From Catajapyx aquilonaris (taxonomy: Eukaryota), in the NCBI GenBank assembly GCA_000934665.2, contig JYFJ02002706.1, positions 1 through 52,188 on the forward strand: a DNA stretch of 52,188 nucleotides, in the 5' to 3' direction. Within the stretch, counting starts at the first letter, position 1; the number at the start of each line of letters is the position of its first letter. The position numbers and the translations under genes were made by a program. Positions 1-9,502 of the stretch are shown here, piece by piece. A model generated the notes under the pieces. That model did no database searches and was not told the DNA's origin. It worked only from the letters and a program-made list of their open reading frames with translations.

Positions 1-150
1 AATCATCAAGCAGTGCGACGTACCGTGCCTGGCAGACCACAAGACGGACAGTGTTGGTGCGGTCACCCCAAAGCCATACAGCCTTTTTCGTTAATAAGCA
101 CCAAGTTGCATTTATGGACTCTGATTTACATTATGCAAAACCCTTGTGCA

Positions 151-276
151 TAGCCACTTGATCCAGCAACTCTGACCGCAGCCAATCATCACCCATTCTT
201 ACTGTAGCTAAATGACACGGTAGCCAAATGGCACAACAGCCAAATGAACCGCAGCAAGTTGCCTGGCAGCCAGTTG
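151..276. repeat. Degenerate ~15-16 bp tandem repeat (YAGCCAAATG-type units) in an intron of RacGAP copy A
   Basis: Consecutive units tagctaaatgacacgg / tagccaaatggcacaa / cagccaaatgaaccg / cagcaagttgcctgg / cagccagttg (205-276), with weaker units from 151. Confidence 0.5.
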
Positions 277-590
277 TTAGGATACCGTCTTGACAGTTTA
301 TGGCAGTCTGATGGCAATTTCAAACTACAGCATGCTGACATTGATTTTCAAGCTTCACAGGCTTCTGAAAAATAAGGGGAGAAAGAACTATGAGGCACGT
401 AATAATGTAGGTGGTGTGGGAAATCCTATTAAGGACATTGTTGCCTCACTGTTAATATGCCACCCAAATTTGTGCATATTTGTACAAAGGATCCCTGCCA
501 GGATTTTCTTCTCAGCCACAATTTTTAGTAGAATGTGTTTGTAATGTCAGATGAAAAAGTGAGTCTAAACGTAACATAATTTTGTTCCAG

Positions 591-1630
591 CTGAGCATTG
601 CAGACTACACACCTCTGACATCCCCAATGGTGCCTGCACTCGTGGTCCACTGCATCAATGAGATTGAGCACCGAGGGCTGAGTGAGGTTGGGATCTACCG
701 CATCCCTGGGCCAGAGAGTGAGGTCAAGGCTCTTAAGAGTCGCTTCTTGAAGGGAAAGGGACCGCCAACTATATCTGGGATTGATGTCCACACACTTTGT
801 GGTTGCCTCAAGGACTTCTTGCGCTCCCTGAAGGACCCACTAATCACTCGCATTCGTTGGAAGGACTTTGCCAAAGCAGCAGAAAACCAGGACCCTCAAG
901 ATGCCCAAACAGACATGATGCAGGTCATCTCAGACCTTCCACCGCCCAACAGGGACACATTGGCCTTCCTGGTCTTACATCTGCAGAAGTAAGGGTGGAC
1001 ACATATTCTTGAGCATAAAAATAATATGGGCACCTCCTTTGGGATTTGCATATGAGCTGTCATTCTGATAGCTCCAATTCAATGGTAACATACATGAAGC
1101 AAACTGATGCAAATATTTTTGTTCTGGCAGAGTTGCTGAGTGTGGCGACTGTAAGATGCCAGCCTCTAACCTGGCTAAGGTGTTTGGGCCTACCATAGTT
1201 GGTTTCTCTGAGGTTGATCCGAAGCCAACAACCATGTTGATTGAGGTGTCCAAGCAACAAATGGTATGTCTTCTTTGAACATCCTGGTTTTCCTTCCTGA
1301 GATTCAGTAACCACTCAAATTTGTGGTCCGCAGGTTATGGAGCGACTTATGGCTCTACCGACAGACTACTGGTCCACATTTGTGAACGTTGACACCAGCT
1401 TCATGTACACCCCTCAGACACGCGGATCAGCAGCACTGAACTACTCAGAGTCAGCCAGGTCATTAGGCACTCCTAGAGTTGCTTCTGGGTGAGTTTCGTT
1501 TTTTTTTCTCTCTCAGAATGATAGCAGCAGCAATAATTACGATGTAATAATATATCGTGTCCTCATATGTGGAACTTCTTATCATTGCAGCATGTTCAAA
1601 AGGAGCCTCTTCCAACACCATGGCAAATGA
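591..1630 (+). CDS. RACGAP1: Rac GTPase-activating protein 1 (CYK-4/Tumbleweed/MgcRacGAP) paralogue A, 3' part only (RhoGAP domain and tail)
   Basis: Exons 591-988, 1131-1263, 1334-1488, 1591-1630(TGA), all GT-AG with consistent phases. Protein: LSIADYTP..PALVVHCINEIEHRGLSEVGIYRIPG..LKDFLRSLKDPL..LPPPNRDTLAFLVLHLQKVAE..KMPASNLAKVFGPTIVG..DYW. Arginine finger CGC at 699-701 is intact. 5' exons lie outside the window. Confidence 0.93.
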
Positions 1631-2079
1631 TGTGCTGCTCTACTGGATGCTGCGTTTCTCTCCTGCCTTTTTCTTGAGCGTGTGGAATATCTGCTGTGTA
1701 TTTTGTTAAGCTTGGCCGTATGTATTCATGGCAAATAATTTTGATTTGAAAGTGTTCAAATTTATGGAATATGGGGTGACATCACAGTGGGCCTTTAAAA
1801 AAATTGCCCTTGGGAAAAAGTTTTAATTTACATCAGAAAGTATTCCATTATAATTCAGTCATTTGGCATCCTGTCATCACACATTGCACACAAGTTGAAT
1901 AGTTGCAATAATTACTGTGCTCTCAGTCTTTACTATCAGGAAATTTTAGTAATAAGTTTATCGCAATATAACATCTGAACTCAAGGCACACGTAATGGAC
2001 GTGAAGCACAAGACCTGCAAAAACTGTGTCATGGTTCCATATAAATAAGGAACCTTTTTGCTGCAGCACCACTCCTCGT

Positions 2080-2200
2080 CCCTGGGAGATCCTCAAGAAA
2101 GCCTATGCAAACCTGTAGAGGGCTCATCGAAACTCTTTCCACATGAGAAATTCCTGTCTGCTCTTGGGATCAAACCAGAGACATCAGAGGTGGAAGGCTG
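2080..2200 (-). mobile_element. Degenerate tRNA-derived SINE-like remnant
   Basis: cgaaactc..ccacatgag..cttgggatcaaacc; the reverse complement carries a B-box-like GGTTTGATCCC. The same motif order recurs at 43705-43790. Confidence 0.35.
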
Positions 2201-4812
2201 TAGGTTTCTTATGATATATTGCAGGAATTTTAATATACGATAATAATTGTGCAGTTCTGGCACCAATTGAGTTGAAAAGGATAGAGTAAATGTAATGAAA
2301 TATTTTTCTGAATTCCAGATAACTGCCCAATTAAAGTATAATGGTAGGGTTTTTGATATTTCATTCCCAACTCTTTCGTCTTGTGCTTCTTGTCCGTTAT
2401 GTTTCCCTGATGTCAGATGTTATATTGTTGTGATGCTGTTATAAAAGTGAATCATTTATGCTGATGTGATTCCGTAGTGGATTGAAAAGTCAGTCTTTAG
2501 TGGAGTGCAGAGCCTGACAGTTGAAGGGTGTTGACATTTTAAAAAGTATTTTGAACTGGGAGAAAGAGAGGAAAGTCACTTCCAGTTTTTATTTGACAAC
2601 TAAAAGATGATGCTGACTCCTCTGATGTAAGAAAAAAATGTCATCAGTACTTAATTGCAGTGACCAATAAGTCACCATTTCAAATGTTTTATGAGAAAAA
2701 ACCTCATTTCATGATTTATGTGATAAGTAGAGAGAATCCAAGACATTGTGTGACAATTATTTCGTAGGTGCTTTCAACTGCAGCTGAGTGCAGAACCTGA
2801 AAGTCATTTTCCTGGTCGTGACTATCTGTTTAATTTATGAAAGCACCTGTAGTACTGGAACCAAATGTCTCTGAATATTAGTCTAAAGTATTTTCTTCAG
2901 CAAAAGTCTTAAGTGTGTCATTGCAAAACTGAACATTCCATTTTTTGTATTCAATTACCATGGCATTCGTTGCAATCTTTATGCTGGATTTCACTGCACC
3001 AAACAGCAAAGGTTTACCTGCAGCTGTAGGCTTGTGAGAAGAATACAGTATAAAAGAAATTAGCAGCCTTGTAAGCTCATCATGACATGATGTTTGATGC
3101 TATATATTGAGACTATTTTTTTGGAAGATTGGTTTATAGTTGTTTATATACCATGCAACAATCAGTGATATTAATCAGTACACAGACTATTACCAAAGTT
3201 ATAACCTCTCTTGTTGGCCTTCTTGGGAAGGGAAACGGGCAATTCCCATTAACTAATGCTGATGATGGGGATGCGTAAGTCGTCAGAAGCTTGCTTCTTG
3301 CTATACATTTACATAATGGAAGAATATGTTGTTCTAACCATGATGTAAGGACTTTTTTTTAAATAAGTTGAGCTTGGAACAGCGTAACAAGATTATATCT
3401 CAAATGGGATGGGAATATAATTTTTAATACTATTATTTTTGTTTTTCTTGATTTGTACTTTTATACGGTTGGTGTACCATCCACATTTCTACAGCAATAA
3501 AGCTGCTTGGACCAAAGTGAGCTATTTTGTTTTATTAATAAATTTGCTTCATTAAAGTAGTACCATGGGGCAGTCACAAGGGAGGTGCCAATTGGGGGAC
3601 CACAATCAAGAATCTCCTGGCAAGATGTGATGCAACATGTCAGACCTGTTTTTTTTCTGCCTTGTAAATATGTTAAATGCAGAATTTTCATGAACCAATC
3701 AGTCAGGGAGGAACACTCCCTCTAGGAGCAGCCACTGCTTTTCTCAGGTGGGCTATGCACTGATTGCTGAGGGCTGGCCAAAAGAGATGCACGTGGTGAG
3801 TTGGTGTTGAATCTCAGGTTCTTTAACATATCCAGTCAAATGACACACATCCTGGTCTTGGGACAATATCAGACAGGTGCTGTTGTAGGTTTCGAGGGAT
3901 GCTGCTTAATTTTTGAGAAGATTAAAGTACCCCTCTTTCTACCCTGGTTGAGCTCGTCAAATAAATTAAAGCCACAGAGAGTTTCTCATGAGACCCACGC
4001 TGTCATAGCCATGCAGATCAGTACTCCCTTCTCTCCTTGTAGCCCAGGTTCAAACGGACGACCTTGGGAGAATATACAAGTAACAGTGAATTTAAATCAT
4101 AAAATAGATTATTTTAAATAAACTGTACATTATCTGGGTGTAAAATTGTCCTTTATGTTGTTGTATTCACTTATGAGAAGGTAGCAGCTTTAAATAACAT
4201 TCAAAATTAAATTACATTCAAAATAAAGTTGTGAGGTTAGGAAGGCTAAAATGGATCAAAGTTAGAGCAGGCAAAATGACACCCCAACGAAAACCAAGAA
4301 GTTCCAAATGAATTTTAAAATTGCTGAAATGGTCCTTTTAAAAGGGGTGGAATAAGTCACGAAATACACATTTAAAGTTTTATGAAACTGACTGCTGTAT
4401 TTAGGTCCTGCAGTTATGCACTTATTAATTTGACAAGAAAATGAAGCCCAGTCAAATTTGCCTCTGGGAATGTGTAGAATTATTGAACGTGCTGTAGTTG
4501 TGTCAGGGTAATATTGGAAGAGTAATATTGGGTAAGCACTACGCACCAGATAAAAGGCAGTTCTTGGCCTTCAGTCAGTCTACTTCCACACGCAAAGTAG
4601 GTAGCTCCAGTTGATTCCTCCCCATTCTTTCCTCCTCCTCTTTTTCCTTCTGCATTTGTGAAGAGGTCAACACCAGCCGCACAGTGTACGAGTATAATAT
4701 GGTAATTCTGCACATTTAACATTTTTGTGTTAATATGATAATTTGTGTTAGAGGATTTCTTCATTGGCATTGGCTTGTGTAGTGTGAACTGAATAATCTT
4801 TCTGCTTAGAAG

Positions 4813-7800
4813 ATGTCGAAAAGCCTGGTCCAAGAATTTGATGAACTCACTCGGCAATCTTCCACCTTTCATAATGGCTGTGAAACAGGTTTGGTTGACA
4901 ACATTTGCTGTGCATTTACAGCAATAATACATTTGTGTATCATTTTTTAGAATTCCTTCAGTTCGTGGGAAACCAGCGGGAATGCATGCGTGGATGTCTG
5001 TCAACAAAGGATCATAGTCGGAAGCTACAGCAAGAGCTGAGAGATGTCATCAAGAACAATGAACGCCGGGAAGAGGCAGCTCGACGTCTCCTTAACAATG
5101 AGATGGCAAAAAGGCGACATGCTGAGGGGAGAGTCAAAGAATTAGTAAGGATTCAATGTAGTACTTTCATCTCAGGATTAGTTTTCGAATGTTTGATACG
5201 GTAATATACTACAGCAAGCTGAATTTCTTTTTGAGATTTGGCACTGGTCAGGGCAGTGCAGTGTATCTCGACAAACACTTTCATGAGCATGATTGAGTTG
5301 ATGGCAGTGCCATGTACGCTGAAGCCAGTAAGATGGCATTTCTCGTAACCTAGATTTTGCAGTAACAGGCTCTCAACTGTGCAAGGTGGTGTAGGTTTAC
5401 GTAAGCCACAGTGTGGAATGAAATGTGATGTATTACTAGCACTTTTATTTGTGTCTGTTCTTGATATCCAGAAATATATGTAGTAGCTATAATATTTTTG
5501 ATTATACAGTATGCATGACTGGATTTTACAGGAGACAATAATGTTGAAGATAAGAGATGTGGTGCAGCATGATGATGATAAATTTAGCAAGACCATGGCT
5601 ATTTGTGAATGTATCTCAACTGCATCAAATGTGACGCCAGTTGTTGCATTGAGAGATTCAGAAGGGTCTATGTTCGATGACCTCGACTTTGACCGCTCGC
5701 AGGATGACATGTGTTCATCCCGAATCATACGGTCTAGCAGGCGGCCCTCCCTCCTCAATGTCACGTCTACCTTTCTTAGACCAAAACAAGTCGTACCAGT
5801 TCATGTTGTTCCAGACATACAGGTAAGGGGTGTATATACAGTGGGGATTTACCTTATTTTACTTATTCTTGCTCCATTGCAGATAATTCGACCTTCGTCC
5901 AGTAATGGAACTACAGTTTGCGTCACTGAGGCAAGTTCTTCAAGACAGACTCCTATGGTTGGAGCAGCGTATCAAACGAATGGGTTTCAAAATGATCATC
6001 AAAACACACCATGTGAAAGGGGCTTCCCGATGACACCTCGAAGTAGTTCGGTCCTTTCCCTTGCTTCCTTGGACGAGAAGACACCCCTTGCTTGTTCCAC
6101 TTTCTGCCAGTCTGGTCCCAGCCTGGAAGCAGCTGGCATTGCCAATGGCCGTTACCCAACTCCATATGTTGTGCTTGAAGGTGCTGCTGTGGCCACCACT
6201 TCGAATTTCCAGGAGAGGGGGCACACATTTTCCACCAAGACATTGGTGAGATTTCTCAAGTGCTGTGGCTGTGGGAAAATGTGAGTATTCCAATTTACTT
6301 CATTCATTTTGTTTTTCTCTGGATACAGCAACATATATCTTGATTTGTTGGAACTCTGGAATGAGATTATTACTTTTTTAATCTTTTTGCAATATCTATC
6401 TGTATGGTGTTGTACAGTTTTGTACATTTTAGCTTAAGTTGAACTTTCTTTTTCCATACCATCGATAATAATAATTATTATTATTACAGGGCCAAGTTTG
6501 GGCATTCAGCACTGAAGTGTGAGCTCTGCAATGCTATCTGTCACATGGCTTGCGGCAGCAAGGTTCCTTTGCCATGCATTCCTGTCAATAAAACTTCTCC
6601 TCGGTCGTTCTTGGTATCTATGCCTTTCCTACTTTTTCCACACGTCATGTATGAAGGTCATGTAGATGAAAATGAGCCACAGTCATTGGGAAGAGAACCA
6701 GATGAGTTTGTCGTGACATCGTGTACACAAAACGAAGGCTGTACCAGTGTAGCATTATGACACACTGGGAGTAGGACATTTGGTCACTCGACACAGTCGC
6801 AGTGTGCTTTTGTTCAGGACCGCACCCATTCAAAAAGACTGTCCACTCAGACATGGGCCTTTGTTTTGTGTATAAGATGTCACGACAAACCCATCCAGAA
6901 ATTTGTTGTGAGACCATGGCTTGTTTTCATCTGAATGACCCTTACATTCAGAACAAGCACTTCTATCACTGCCTCATTTTAATTCGCATGCACTGATGAG
7001 GATATCGTCTCAAATTACATGAATTTCATTTTATACTTCGGTACTGATTCAAGCAAAAGGTAACTTCTCACATCTGGAGGAAGGGACCAGTCCAGCTCTT
7101 GACCTGGATGGGTCCTGTGGATGTGTCTGGCAACAAACAGGCTTGCGACTAGGTCACTTCCCACAGATATGAGAGTAGACCGTCAAGTAAACAAATCCAA
7201 CATCCCACTGTTTTTTTGTGGTTTCACTTTGTTTCATTCAGATTACGTGACACAGGCTTCTGGGATGATACCTGCACAATTTATAGGCCTTCAGCATTTG
7301 CTCAAATTGGCATGAATCAGAGCCCTTCATGATTTTACAACTGTGGTTTTTGTTGCAGGTGGCTCTTGCTGACTGTGCCCCAACAATTCCGCCAATGATA
7401 CCGTCACTGGTCGTGCACTGCATCAGTGAAATAGAGCGCCAGGGGCTGAAAGACATTGGTCTTTACATACTAAATGTGCCAAGGACTGAAGCCGACATAC
7501 TCAAAAATAGCTTCTTGAGAGGAAAGTATGGGCCTCCCAATCTATCTGGTGTGGATATCCACGTGCTGTGTGGTTGCCTGAAGCTTTTCTTTCAATCCAT
7601 GGAAGAGCCACTAATCACTTGCCTCCACTGGAAGAAGGTTGCAGAGGCAGCAGAGGGTAATGGAGACCTCAAGATCATCATCTCCGATCTTCCTCAACCC
7701 AACAGGGACACCCTCGCTTTCTTGATCTTGCATCTGCAAAGGTATGCAATAGTATAAGGAAGGTGTCGCCAGGTGAATCAATTACTTTTTCAATGTAATG

Positions 7801-8550
7801 TAAACATCACCCATTACTCCAGTACATCCAGACCTAAAAGTTCTCCCAGAAATTCTAATAAGAGATGACGATGCTTTAAGAATGTCACAAGATGGGTGAT
7901 GTATACCTGTACTTGATTTTTTTCAAAAGGTTTTCCCAGATATCAGGGTGATGAGAAACACTTTCAATGAAATGTGTGCATTGAAGTGGTGACAAATCAA
8001 GCCTTTTCCCCATAAAATCAGGGTAGCAGCTGAGCACGAATGCAACAAAATGTCAGCTTCTGTACTGGCCAAGGAATTTGGCCCCTTCATAGTCGGATAC
8101 TCAGAAGCTGATCCTAGGACGACTATCATGGTGAATGATGTGTCGAAGCAAAAGATGGTAAATGTGTAATGGTGAGAGTTAGGTTATTTTAAGTCCATGG
8201 TAAACTGAGAATTCTCCATTTGATGTGCAGGTGGTGGAAAAGCTGATGTGTCTCCCTGCCGACTATTGGTCAGCATTTCTAGACATGAAGGTCACTCGTC
8301 CACAGGAGTCACTGGTGTACACAGCATCTGTTGAGACTCCCAAGGTGCCTGCGAAGTAAGCCCTGATTTTAATCCCTATGGTACTGCATATGAACCAACA
8401 TGGCATGTCACTTTCCAACACCGATCACATTTAAACAGATTTAACATAGTTCAACCTTGGTTTAATAATAATAATAAACTAATAATAGGAAACTCTTATT
8501 TCAGATTTTTTGCCAAGAGGAAAAACCTTTATCAATCAAAGAAACGCTGA
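4813..8550 (+). CDS. RACGAP1: RacGAP1 paralogue B, full length (coiled coil, C1, RhoGAP), arginine finger replaced by Ile
   Basis: Exons 4813-4888, 4951-5144, 5532-5822, 5883-6280, 6490-6613, 7359-7741, 8022-8157, 8231-8355, 8505-8550(TGA); GT-AG, phases consistent, no internal stop. N-terminus MSKSLVQEFDELTR..EFLQF. C1 domain HTFSTKT..CCGC..CELC..CHMAC..LPC. GAP domain has GLYILN in place of GIYRIP. Confidence 0.9.
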
Positions 8551-8664
8551 TGTCGGATTTGAAGTACCTGTTTGGAAGGTTGAAGAAAAGTGGTCAATAA
8601 TATATCATAGTGTAAATAGTGATGCAATGATTAGAGATGATTGGAATTGACCACTCGCTTTTCT

Positions 8665-8774
8665 ACAATTTTAACAATTTTTCATCATTTTAGAATCATT
8701 CACAAGTGTAATATGAAGTACAATATATTGTACTTGTGAATGATTCTAAAATGGTGAAAAATTGTTAAAATTGT
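8665..8774 (+). repeat. Long near-perfect inverted repeat (43 bp arms) downstream of the copy B stop codon
   Basis: 8665-8707 acaattttaacaatttttcatcattttagaatcattcacaagt is the reverse complement of 8732-8774 with one mismatch; 24 nt spacer. Confidence 0.9.
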
Positions 8775-8818
8775 TAAAACAATCAAAAAATCACATATTT
8801 GATTGTTTCTTAGCTGCT

Positions 8819-9047
8819 GGGCCAAGATGTAAAAGTTTGCCCGTTTTGCAGTGCTATTAATTAAGTGTTTGTCCCGAAAATTTTCACTCCTTTGTACCTT
8901 TTAATATTAATGTTCTGTGGTTTTTTGGCGCGGTTTTTTGATTTTGTTTTTTTTTTATCTGAACGGGCCAAGATGTAAAAGTTTGTGCTGTATCATCCCT
9001 TAGCCCATTTTGCAGTGCTATTAGTTAAATGTTTGGCCCGAAATTTT
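8819..9047. repeat. Local direct duplication (~65 bp), second copy with an ~18 bp insertion
   Basis: gggccaagatgtaaaagtttg..ccc(g/a)ttttgcagtgctatta..tgtttg..cccgaaa at 8819-8884 and 8965-9047. Confidence 0.8.
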
Positions 9048-9325
9048 TATTGTTTCAATTTGTGCAAACAGTATTTGGGTCACAAATTTGTTCAAATCAT
9101 TATCATTAGTTCAAATAAATGGAAGTGTGACGTTACATATAATTGTTTGTAGTACGACCCCTTTTGTATCCAGCTGGATGCAGTGGATTGCACAAGACCT
9201 GGTTGGGGCTGCTTATTTTCTGCCCTGGGCAGAACTATTACAGTTCTGCCCAGGGCAAGGATCTCTCCATCTCTCATCGGTCAGAATGCACCCTACGCAC
9301 TCTGAAACGGTGATAGGAACGCGCC

Positions 9326-9347
9326 CCAATCCCAATCCAAGATGGCG
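9326..9347 (+). promoter_or_regulatory. Putative promoter/5' elements of the zinc-finger gene: two CCAAT boxes and a YY1/Pho-type AAGATGGCG
   Basis: CCAAT at 9326 and 9332, AAGATGGCG at 9339-9347, about 160 bp upstream of the inferred ATG. Motif match only. Confidence 0.4.
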
Positions 9348-9502
9348 ACTGTCTCTTTCTGTTAAGAAGACCTTCCTTTTGAAGATTTCCACCTCGTTTA
9401 GATCCCCCTTCCTTCCTTTTCCATCCCCCTTCTGGTGTAGCAACACCTGAACCATCTGTCGAACATCAGAGCCGGAGTGAGGGCTCAAGAGGTGCACAAG
9501 CC

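Noticed and set aside
4480..5764. Long minus-strand ORFs (175 aa, 203 aa)
   Set aside because: Antisense to RacGAP copy B exons and introns; no independent protein features.
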